64,000 bases of DNA from positions 20,398,001 through 20,462,000 of the forward strand of contig NC_134481.1 in the NCBI RefSeq assembly GCF_964194025.1, read 5' to 3'. This stretch comes from Convolutriloba macropyga (lineage: Eukaryota). A program made the position numbers and the translations under genes. Position 1 is the stretch's first letter. Every line of letters starts with the position of its first letter. Shown one piece after another: positions 36,848 to 49,100 of this stretch. The notes under the pieces were generated by a model. That model saw nothing but the letters and a program-made list of their open reading frames with translations. It searched no databases and was not told where the DNA came from.

Positions 36848-39800
36848 GTAAGAGTCAGTTACAGTAATTTTATTCCATCGGAACTCTCGAAATAAAATTG
36901 TTCTAAAACGAAGTTTTGCCTAACCGATTTTCGTCTGACCCATTTGACTTTTCGTCCTCAAAAAGGGGGATAAACAGGTAGCTCATGCTCCTTCAATTCA
37001 GCTAAAGCTAGCCTCACTAAATCGTAGCTAGCTACTGACAAAGCCAGCCGGTCGTTTGAGAGCAATTCGCCTGACGTTATTCGGTTATGTTTTTCCATTA
37101 TTAATAGCTGCGATAGCTGAGCGGAGCTATTATTGGCCTTATCGTGGTTTTCTTTACGACTGCGGGAGTTTTTTTTTACTCGCATGACTATATGTTAAGG
37201 CGGCGCTTTGGCCTAAAAGCGAAAGTAAAGTTGCCATGTGAATTTTGTGCGAAAGAATTTTTTTTACGTAAGGGTCTGACAGAACATATCAGTAAACATC
37301 CTTTTCTACCCTATTGCTTTAGCAATACAGATGTAGCAGTTGATCTTTGGTACCTGTGGCTACATGGAAGTTTCGAGGAATTCAAACCGCGGAAAACGAA
37401 ACAGACTGCAGCTTCCTCCATGGGTTACTCCGAACACGTCAAATATGCTAAAAAGAAGACGTCAGACGACGTTCAGAGCCTGGCAATGCCTCCTGGTTCT
37501 GCGCACCGCCAGGACTCCGAAGAAACTTCGAGGATTGACGGACCAAACGGAGGCAAATATATCCTGGATCTTTCCAGACTTCGAGACTGCTATTCGGGAA
37601 TTGCGCCGGCGGGTTTTTTTTCCTGGAGCAACCCATGCCAGCGACGCTGATCAGTGCTCTACTTCTAATTGCTGGCATAGAATCTAATCACGGACAGACA
37701 TTAGATGGCCATGTGGTATTTGCGGGAAGAATGCCACCAGAGGGTGCATTGGATGTGTAATATGCAGAAGATGGTTTCACTTCAACGGTGACACAAAGCC
37801 AAAGCAACCATGGTCCTGCCATGCATGTTCAACCACGAGCAAATGGCAATGTGGAGTATTTGAATTGAACGTAACTCTGCCATCGAATGAGTGAAGTGCA
37901 AGATATGGCATCACTACAGCTGCGTTGGGCAAATTAGTCATGAGACTCGATCATGGTTCTGTCAAAAGTGCAAAGACAAACCAACCAAGCCTTCTTTAGC
38001 AACGTTAAATATTCTACAACTGATCATCAACGGAATAAGGAAGAAGAAAGAAGAATTATCGATACAATGTTGACAAAGCTCTTCTACAGGACACCAAAAT
38101 CCCTCAAAGGTCGCAGATAGCTTTTGACGGATACAACGTCATTCGGAAAGAGAGAAACCAGAATGGGGGAGGAGTATGCACCCTGTTAAAAGATCTCAAG
38201 TACAGTGTGATTGACACTGAAGATGATCTTGAAATGCTGGTAGTGAACGTTCATGGAAAGGAAACGCTTCGAATGATTAACTACCAGCTTCCTCCGAATG
38301 TAAATGTCAACCCAAAACAATTATTCAAGAGCCAACCCGTCCCGACAGTTTGCTGCGGAGATGCCAATGCCCATAATTCTGTATGGAATTCAGAACTGCC
38401 TGGAGACGCTTGAGGTACTGAATGTGAAGAAGTGGTATCCGAAAGTAACCATGTTGTGCTTAATGAGGACGGACCAACCAGAAGAGCTCTGAATGGAAAT
38501 GAAAAGCATTTATGGCCTGATATTACAGCAGCGACAGAGGATATTGCAATCTGCGCATCCTGGAACATTGTCGACAATCATTTAAGTAATCATTATGCCA
38601 TACTAGTCACTAGCTGCTTAGACCCATTCCCCGTAGTGGGAAAACCAAAAGGAAAACACAAATTAACTTCAAAAAAGCTGACTCGAACCTCTTCACCCAA
38701 ACATTAGAGGATCTGCTTACTGAATACAAAATTCCGGATACAGTTGAAGGGTGAAAGAGTGCTCCGGGCAGCTGTTCTGAGAGCCCCTAAGCTAGCCATT
38801 CCTCATGGTCGCTATCACGAAATTACGATCAAAGTACCCAACGAAATAAGAGTTGGTCCTGCAACGTGACACATCAAAAGATAGAAGTGTAATCAAAGAA
38901 AATAACGACCAAATTCAATCCTTGTCCCAAAAACACAGAAGAGATCAGTGGATGGCGTACATTGAAAGTAATAGACATCTGACAACTGAAAAGAGTCCGC
39001 AAGGTCTAGTCACGTTGAAAAAAGCAAGCTGAAACGACAAAACAAAAGACTAGCGAAAAAGGTAGAAGGCGAAGACTTCATTATTTTGACTAAGATGATT
39101 GACGAAGCTCTAAAACTGACGAGCAACAGTAGAGCCCTGGGGCCAGATGGAATCACGAAAATGCATAAATAGAAGACAGGACCAATCGCTAGAAAATATC
39201 TAGCAGGACAGGCCACCTTTAGCTTTAGCTGCTGCAGGATACCGGCAATCTGGAAGCAAGCAATAGTAATTCCGTTGAAACCGGGGAAACCAGCGGATCA
39301 AGCATCCAGTTACAGACCGGTCAGCTTTCTCTCACACGTGGCACGCTTATTGGGAAGAATGCTACCTCTATTGACCTAGAGCATAGCTCTTCCTCATTTC
39401 CAACACGGCTTCAGAAAAAAACTCAACTACAACGTGATTAAGTGTGTTAACTGTGTTCTCTGCGGCTTTAATCAGAAGGGGACCACAACTAGAACTGTTG
39501 CTGTAGCCGTGGATCTTAAGCGTGTCTTCGATACGGTGAATCTCAACCTAACTGGAATAGAACAAAAAACGAATTTCGATAAAATCATGTCTCGAACGGG
39601 ATAGCTGAGAAGCGGGGTACCTTAAGGAGGTGTGATCTCACCTTTTCTCTTCTGCTGGTATCTGAAAGATATGCCTCAGCCGCGACGCAGCTTTAAAGTT
39701 GTCTGTTACGCTGATGACATAACTGTATACTGTTCTGACCTCTACTACAAAGAAGCTGTCCAAAAAATTAATGGTTACCTTAAAGATCCTAATACCTTCT

Positions 39801-42800
39801 TCCACAGAAAACCCTCGCCCTCAAAGGGCTCTGCCATTCTACTATCCACCTCCCACTCGGACTGGAAAGATTTATACGTTGTTCTGGGTACGTACCGGAT
39901 AAGAACAATCAATGACCTTACCCTGCTTGGAGTTAAGATTGATCACTCGCTGACCTTTAAAGATCATGTAAAAGATCTGGTTAAAAGAGCCTCTTTTAAA
40001 AGAGAAACTTATAAAAGGAAGGAAATGTTTTCCACTTTTGCACGAAATTTTGAAGAAACGTGCGAATTTGATTTGAAAATTCCGAAAGCGCAAAAGATCC
40101 TACACACCAAATTTGTGAAATCTACGATGAGAAACAGTGAACCCAACAGATTACGAAAAGAGCGTATTCTTCTCTCAAATGATTCCTCCAACTGCCCTCT
40201 GTTAGGAGACTTGAAGAAGAAAGTCAACGACGACCAACCAGATGCTTGCAGGAAATGTCATAGAGAGCGTGAAACAGTACCGCACATTGTTGAATGTATT
40301 GGCGGAATCAAGTGCAAAGATCTTTGGCGGTCCCCCGAGGAATCAGTCTCAAGGCTTGCAGAAATCTGGCCTAAACAACGACGTTCAGAGCGTCTCAAAG
40401 ACGACCCACGCAAGGAAACATGGAGGAATTTGCAGAATTGGATACATTTGTAGAATGCCGTCTGAATGACACCGAAAGGATTTCGAAAGATTTTTTTCAG
40501 AAAGAAAATTTTCTTAAAATACTCCTAAGTGTTAGGAATCGCACTTCTACCATCGCAATATATCTTGGAGAGAAGAAAGCCACAACCGACCTTGAAAAGC
40601 CTAACACCTTTAATGAGATTTTTCAATCGGTCGTCGTGGCATCTTTGGAGTATGAAAGTAAGCCAATTAAATCGGCTTCAATTCTTATTGACAAGGTTAA
40701 TTTTTTGGAGCTTGACGTAATGTTGATATTGGAAATTCTTGATGTGAATAAAGCTCTGGATGCCTTATGAAATCTTTAGCCTTCCTGCTTAATATTGTAG
40801 ATGAAGTACTGAAATGACAAACTTTTTGTGCAGATTCAGAAAATTATTAGTGCAGTGGAACATGGCTTCAGCAAAAAGAAGTCAGAAGTGATTCAAACTT
40901 TGCCCATCGAATAAGCATTTGGTGTGGTAGGAACATGATGAAGCTAAGCGTCAAATAATGCAAAGCGGTCTGTTCTAAAGAAGATATCTCGATAAAGTAG
41001 GGAAGTAAGATCCGGAAATCTTCAGAAAACCTGAGGTTTTGTTTCAAAAACCTGTCATGTAGCAATCAAGAGCAAACAAGATATGAGAGGTTTTTATATA
41101 ATTTAAACGGAATTTTGCATGGTCAAACCATTGGACATCGAAAAGAAAGAAGTTTCCAACGGGTCCAATCCCCAGCTAGCCCTTGGATTCTATCAACGAA
41201 AGATTTCTTTTACAGGGACTATCTCGGCTTAGTCTTCTATCATTGTCAATGCAACATGAGCTGTACGTTCTTCTTGTTCATTAAGTTTCTAACCGGCAAA
41301 TTATGCTGTATTGGCGTTGACATAGTTGAAATAGTTGAACCAATATGTTGAAATGGATAAACCAGAATGCCGAAACACGCGATCTGGCGATATCCCAGCT
41401 TAAAAAACTGAAATAATCGACAAGAAGTGTGTCCGCCTTGAGAACATCCTGGGAGCTAATCGGAAAAGAGCTGTACACGCCATCGAAAATTTCAGAAGTG
41501 TGATCACGGAGATACAAAGAAATGTTTTTCGAAAATTTGGACACTGATAATTATGCTTTCGGAGACTGATTGCAGTTGTTTGAACTGCAGAACATCAAGA
41601 AACTGACCTCTGACTTACTTGTACTCGGGAACTAACCATTCCCGTGTGATGTTACCAAAATCCACAATTACCCCTACGCTGTATAACGTAGCGACCGACT
41701 TCCATTAACTCCTGCATCCCGTTCCTCACTTTTTGACGGTAGGTGTTTTTTAAATTTAAAAACTGTTTACACAATCGATGGAGTTTTGTTCAATTTTTCA
41801 AAATTGTTCCTTGGATTTTGTTCTAGTCTTTTTCATGCTCCGTCAGGGATATTAGATAAGAGTTACTGATAATTCTGTTTTTTTTTATATTGCAAAGACA
41901 TAGTTATTTACAAGTTTATTCATAATGTCAAAGATTTTCTATAAAAGTAATGTTGGCGAAAGGTTTCAAAGATTCAACTGTTTAATTTTTTAGCTTTTTG
42001 TTTTGGCGACAAGATGTCTCAATGCATTTAATCAATCATCAAGGGCCAATGATTAAATTTCTTGTTATTGTACTATTTTTTAACATTGTTTTCAAATTGA
42101 TCTGCTTTCTGAGAAATTTCTTATGTCTAGGTTTCGTTTGAAATGAATTTTCGACTTTTCGTTTTTTGTCTTTTTCTTTTTAAATTTAAGTTTTGATAAT
42201 ATCATCAAAGGCTTTTCCTACCATCATTAATTTATGTTGCTGTATTTCTAGGTTTGAATTGCGGTTTTACCAAAATCGAGAGGGTTTGTTCTCTTATACA
42301 TTTTTCCGAGTTGCATTTTGGGACTTAATTTTTTTAGTTCAACTTCTCAGGTCATTATACAAATTGTGCGTAGTTTTTGTGGACTTCAGGTTCACATTGT
42401 ATTTTTCTCACTAACAGTAATTGACTCATAGTATGTTCCCAAGTTTTTTAGCGTGTTTTTGTTTTTAGCGGACATTGTGATTTGTTCTTTCGGTAGTGAT
42501 TCAGTTCTTTTTCGTAAGGGTTCTCAAGAAGCATGTAATGTTGCGTACTACAATGACGCTAACAATGAAATGTTTCTGTTTGCGACAGCTGATCGTTTTT
42601 AGTAACTATTGTAGTTAATGTCTAGCCAGAGAGGGTTGTTTTTCTACGAAAGGTCAATAGCGTTTACTCTCTTTTCTGAAGTTCATTTTTTTGCTTCATC
42701 CTTCCCTCTTTTGTAAATTATGGAAAACGAATTTGGTGCTCAGTTTTGTTGAGTTTTCTGCAATATTTGTAATAGTTTGATAGGTTGCTCGGGAAAGTCA

Positions 42801-45800
42801 CGCAAGTGAAAAAAATTTTGGTTACGTACCTAACTCTCAAGATGACTTTTCCTCGCTCTCAAATTGTCTTTGCGTACTTTAATGTGATAATTTAAAGTGA
42901 ATAAGTTTCACTCGATCTAATTGAAGGTTATTTGAGGGAAGTTTTTAGAAATTACGCTTTAGGCAAGGATACTGCGACTTCTCGATACAAAACCACACCT
43001 GAGGAACAAAAAAATCAAAGCTCGACGAAAGTAGGTGACTTCCATTAAACTCTAGTTTAAAAATCAAGTGAAACAGCAAAATGTATTGCATTATTGCTAA
43101 TAAACCGTTCCGCAATTGTAAGATCTAATCTTATTTCACTAAGTTAAATGATTTTAAGACGTCACAACATGGTTAAAACATGGAAAAAATTTTTTCCTAG
43201 TTTCCTAGGACTTGTATATTTAATTGCCGAAAGAGTTCTACGAAGCTATCGCTGCTGTTTTCTAAAAATCCGACAGATATATTGGTATATGAATGATTAA
43301 TTGCTCTCAAACGAGGTTTGTAGCAATTATATTAGTCCTGTTGGTCTTTTTTACGCGATTTTTTGCTTGAACGATTAGTCTGACCCATTTGAATTTTCGT
43401 CCTTAAAAAAAGAGATAAACTGGTAGCACCCAGCGGGCATAAAGGCACCTGTAATTTAATTTTAAAAGGTCATTTTTAAGGGTTTTTGAGCCCGAAATGT
43501 TGCAATTTTTCGTGTTTATTCGTCATTTTTCTATTTTTTGTTGGACCAGTCTAAAATTGAGGCTGATTAATGTTTATTTTGCAAGATATAAGTACTTTTC
43601 ATGGTCATTTTCTGAGCTATTTGTTTTGGTAACCCAAACAAAAACACTCAAACTTATACTAATTTTCACAATTTTTTTGAAAATGTTAGTCATTTTTTAG
43701 GTTTTGCCACCTACAAGAGCCAAGGAACCTCCTCTAGGGTTTGATATTAGGTTAATGATTAGTTTCTAGATGTGATGGAATGGTTTTCAAGATTTCAAAT
43801 CACGAATTTTTGCCTTATTTTGAAAGAACTCCATTTTTTTCATTTTTTGAGCCTCAGGGGTCAGAAAACCTCCGTTAGGGTTTGATAATAAATTACTGGA
43901 AAATTTTAATTGGCCATTGATTAGTTTTCAACTTTTTATTATCACAAATTTTAGAAATCTGTTTGAGGTTTTTTTTAATTTGTTTGTCATTTTATGTTTC
44001 TACAGTCTCAAGAGCCTAAAAACCTCCTCTAGGGTTTGATAATAGGTTACTGCGTAGTTTCTTGATGCAATTGAATATTTTTCAAGATTTTATTATCTTT
44101 TATTTAAACAATTTTTTTTGAATATTTTGAATGTATTTGAATTTCCGGCACCGAAGGCCCAGGGTCCCCCTCCAAGGTTTGATAATAGGCTGTTGCATAA
44201 TTTCTAGAGTTAATGGAATTGTTATCAATGTTTCAAGGACTCGAGTTTTAACATTTTTTGATAAAATTTAAATACTCAAATTTTCGGAAATTTGTTATCT
44301 TGTTCCGAGTTTATGGATCTTTATGAGCCAATAAAACTATTTAAGGCTCGAAATAGGCATGCTGGCTAGTCTCTTGAGACAATGAAATGTTTCTGAAGAT
44401 ATTAATATCACGTATTTTTTGCAAGATTTTGTTAAAATATGCCCTTGTTAAAATTTTTGAATACTTTTTCTTCCATTAAACTCTAGTTTAAAAATCAAGT
44501 GAAACAGCAAAATCTATTGCGTTTTTGATAATAAACCGTTCCACAATTGTAAGATCTAATCTTATTTTACTAAGTTAAATGATTTTAAGACGTCACAACA
44601 TGGTTAAAACATGGAAAAACTTTTTCCTAGTTTCCTAGGACTTGTATATTTAATTGCCGAAAGAGTTCTACGAAGCTATCGCTGCTGTTTTCTAATAATC
44701 CGCCAGATGTATTGGTTTATGAATGATTAATTGCTCTCAAACGAGGTTTGTAGCAATTATATTAGTCCTGTTGGTCTTTTTTACGCGATTTTTTGCTTGA
44801 ACGATTAGTCTGACTCATTTGACTTTTCGTCCTTAAAAAAGGGATAAACTGGTAGCACCCAGCGGGCATAATAGCACCCGTAATTTAATTTTAAAAGGTC
44901 ATTTTTAAGGGTTTTTGAGCCCGAAATGTTGCAATTTTTTGTGTTTATTCGCCATTTTTCTAATTTTTGTTGGACCAGTCTAAAATTGAGGCTGGTTAAA
45001 GTTTATTTTGCAAGATATAAGTGCTTTTTATGGCCTTTTTCAGAGCTATTTGTTTTGGTAACCCAAATAAAAACACGCAAACTTATACTAATTTTCACAT
45101 TTTTATTGAAAATTTTAGTCAATTTTTAGGTTTTGCCACCCACAAGAGCCAAAGAACCTCCTCTAGGATTTGCTATTAGGTTAATGATTAGTTTCTAGAT
45201 GTGATGGAATGGTTTTCAAGATTTCAATATCACGAATTTTTGCCTTATTTTAAAAGAACTGCAAGTTTTTTTTCATTTTTTGAGCCTCAGGGGTCAGAAA
45301 ACCGCCGTTAGGGTTTGATAATAAGTTACTGGAAAATTTTAATTGGCCATTGATTAGTTTTCAACTTTTTATTATCACAAATTTTAGAAATCTGTTTGAG
45401 GTTTTTTTTTTAAAATTGTTTGTCATTTTATGTCTCTACAGTCTCAAGAGCCTAAGAACCTCCTCTAGGGTTTGATAATAGGTTACTGCGTAGTTTCTTG
45501 ATGCAATTGAATATTTTTCAAGATTTTATTATCTTTTATTTAAACAATTTTTTTTGAATATTTTGAATGTTTTTGAATTTCCGGCACCTAAGGCCCAGGG
45601 TCCTCCTCCAAGGTTTGATAATAGGCTGCTGCATAATTTCTAGAGTTAATGGAATTGTTATCAATGTTTCAAGGACTCGAGTTTTAGCATTTTTTGATAA
45701 AATTTAAATATTTTCAAATTTTCGGAAATTTATTATCTTGTTCCAAGTTTATGGATCTTTATGAGCCAATAAAACGTATTTAAGGCTCGAAATAGGCATG

Positions 45801-46128
45801 CTGGCTGGTCTCTTGAGACAATGAAATGTTTCTGAAGATATTAATATCACGTATTTTTTGCAAGATTTTGTTAAAATATGCCCTTGTTAAAATTTTTGAA
45901 TATTTTTTCTGAGTTTAACGATCATTACTGGCGAACGAAACTGTTTAAGTCTTGCAGATGGGTTACTCGACAGAACTCCAGAGACAAAAATTGATATTTT
46001 TGATTTTTGTACTGCGAAATCTGGAAACTTTTCTTTCAAATTTTGCCATCTTCATTTTCTGTGATTTATTTACTAACAAGGCTAGAGAACTAGAAGTTGC
46101 AGAGTCGAATCCCATCATAGAATATATT

Positions 46129-46179
<51 letters not shown>

Positions 46180-49100
46180 CGCTCGCTCTCGGTTAGGGTT
46201 TCTTTCCTTATCTTTCTCGTTCACGTTTTCTCTCTCACTCTTTCTCTCTCTCTTTCCTAAACTCTTTTTTGTTGATGCCGTACTTCAGTTGTTGTGGCGT
46301 GATGTCATCATCTACTACCCTCACCTTGCGTACCTTTAATGAAGCTAAAGCTAGCTTCACTCAACCGTGGCTAGCTACTGACGAAGCAAACCGCTCGCCG
46401 GTCGCTTGAGAGCATTTCGCCCGACGTTAGTCGGTTATGTTATTTTTTTATTGGGGGGGGGGGGGGGGGGGGGGCTATACGTTAAGTGCTAAGATGGGGG
46501 CAACAATGGGAAAATGTTAACCAGTTAACCATTAATGGTAATCTTGAACGTTAAGGTCTTGGAAGCTCGATCAATAGCGGAAACTCGTGGTAGCTATAAC
46601 AGTATGATGCCAACTCACGTGCCGCTTCAGCAGGGAAGAATGGGAATGCCTCAAGTATACCAAGTTTCTACAGCCGGACTATCTTCCTCTCTTCCTATTC
46701 GTTTGCCTGGAAATCAAACAATGCCCGGTACCGTCAAACGTTCTGAAATTTGTTTTTGTCTATGGAAATTGTTCAAACATCCGACTTTCCTAATGTTAGA
46801 CGTTTTTAATACTGTCCTCTGACATCCCTCCCAACAAAGCCTTAGTCACAAAGATTGCGTCCGCAGGCCTCTCTGCAGTTAGCTGTGTTTTAGTGGAAGC
46901 GAAACTAATTTAAATATTTAATTTTGTTCTTGTCCGGGTGACTTCATACAGTCGGTTAATATGATATATTTTCAGGCTCACAAACGTTACCAGCGGGCTA
47001 TAGAGTTGTACGACCTTCGCAACCTCAAACAGCATATTCAAATCAGCCTTATGGAGGTAGGTTTCGGTTATATACTACCGTTTGTTAAACGAAACTTTTG
47101 TTTTCGCTATTTTCAAATGTTTCTCGATATTTCATTTCAGCAAACATTTGGGCCAGAGTTCCTGAGTTAATTTTTGTAATAGCTTATCTTGGGTCCGACG
47201 TGTCTGGCACCTAGTCAATCCTCTCTGGTCAATGTTTGCTGCTCGACAACTGGTGCTCAAATGTATATAATTGAATATGATTTGTAGTGTACAACAGAGA
47301 AATAAATATACTGAAATTATTGTGGGTCAAAGAGATCTCATACCAGTCACTTCTAGGTGGAGGTGGTCAATTCATTCCCCAAGTTGACGGTGCTAGGCCT
47401 GCGACCATTGTAACTAACGAACTTGTTACGGGAAGCGCAACACATGATCAACCGCAAGATGCAAATGTACCTCCTCCTCGGCTACTGCAACTTGACGGTG
47501 CTAAGGGTCAACCGCAATCTAGTGACGATGACAGCGAAGATGAGTTCGTGGAGGATACTACAGGGCCACAAGCGAAAGTGGCAAAAATGACCTCGGCTTC
47601 ATCCAACAAATCCCAATCTGTAAGTGTTAGATCGGTTGGGTTGCAACTCGCTTTACAACTCCGCAATAGAACATAAGTCGCTCCTTGTCATGTTTACGTC
47701 CTTAAATTTCGGAGCTTCGTGTGATCAAAATTGCTGTCTCATTCGCAATTTTAAGCAGTTTTACTCAATTGGCGGCGGAAATCAAATGAAAAGTATGCCT
47801 AAAACTATTTTTAATAGCCGCGAAACGATAGCGGCTATCATTGAGGACATCGTGGTTTTTTTACAATTCAAAGAATTTGAATTATATTGGGCGTTGTCTT
47901 TTTTTTAAGATCTGTTCACTCATTTTTATGACTTTTGAAGTCAAACTGGGGTAGCTTTTTGGATTGGATTTTTTCTGAATGGTTTTCCCAATCCATTCAT
48001 AGTTCATTCTACGCCTAATTTTTTGTTGAACCAAATTTCCATTCTCGATAGTAGTTTCTTGTTCACATGTGGCATTTTGACATTGATTTTCTGGTTTTTG
48101 TCTGTTTTTTTTTAGAAATGGTTTTCCCAATTCACTCATAGTTTGTTCTAGGTCTAGTTTTTTGCTTAGGCAAAGAAAATTTTTTGAATTATACGTCAGG
48201 ACTTGTCCTGCTATGTTTTTTAATTTGCTTTACCATTTGATCACATTTTTCGTTTTTTAATGAGTCACGATTTTCACGTTTGACTTCTGACTTACCTCCT
48301 CACTGTTTCATTTGAATGGATTCTTAATCCTTTCACGCATTGATTTACGCAATGTAGTGAATACGGTCAATGTCAAAAGAGCAAAATGAAAAACGGGATG
48401 AACCAATAAAGCCCGGTCATTAAGTCATAGTGCATTAGGCTATCAAAGTTCATTAGAACAATGTTCATTCTCTAGCTAATCTGAATTCTTATCATAAATC
48501 AAAGTCTGTTAATATTAGCCGCGAAGCGATAGTGGCTATTATTGGGGACATCGTGGTTTTTACGACTCGAAGAGCAGTATTGAGACTCTACATGTTTTTT
48601 TTAGCAGAAAGCAAGTTTGTTCATGACTTGAATTTTGACTTCACTCTGTTTGAGCATTTACCTCCGTTTTTGACTGTTGACTCCTGTTTTCGAACATTGG
48701 ACTTTGACAGAAGCTTCGTTTGTAATGTATAGTAATTAGGAACTGCTGGTAATGTTTAAGGCGAAGAGGTCATTTTGAGATTTTTTGTTTCTATATAAGT
48801 CACCCCTAATTATCAAAACTACACCGCACAAACCCCCCACCAGCTATCTACCCCTCCCCCAACACCTACCTACCCCCCCCCCCCTTCCCCAACTATCCCA
48901 GTACTACCCACCTCCCCAACCTATCTACCCACCCATCCCACCTAGCTCCCCCGCACCAAAAAAATTGTCGGCATTTTTAAAACTCTTTAATGTGGTTTGT
49001 TGGGCTACTGTTTTTTCTCGTCTATTTTGATGTTCTGATTTCGGTAATGATAGGTTAGAGATTATAATGCACGACTATTCGAGTCATTTTCGGTATTCTA

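Noticed and set aside
37144-37650. 168-aa ORF with a C2H2-like motif (CEFC...H)
   Set aside because: It crosses Helentron-type, CR1 and Vingi boundaries, so it is a chimeric read-through, not a gene.
36848-46555. U12-type intron suggested by TTAAC near the acceptor
   Set aside because: The donor is GTAAGA (U2 type) and there is no TCCTTAAC branch site.
46961-47170. ORF-track translation over TFIIA exon 3
   Set aside because: Wrong frame; splice phases require the GSQTLPAG frame.
48830-48960. Proline-rich ORF 48785-49030
   Set aside because: C-rich low-complexity sequence inside a repeat; it does not fit the TFIIA exon chain.
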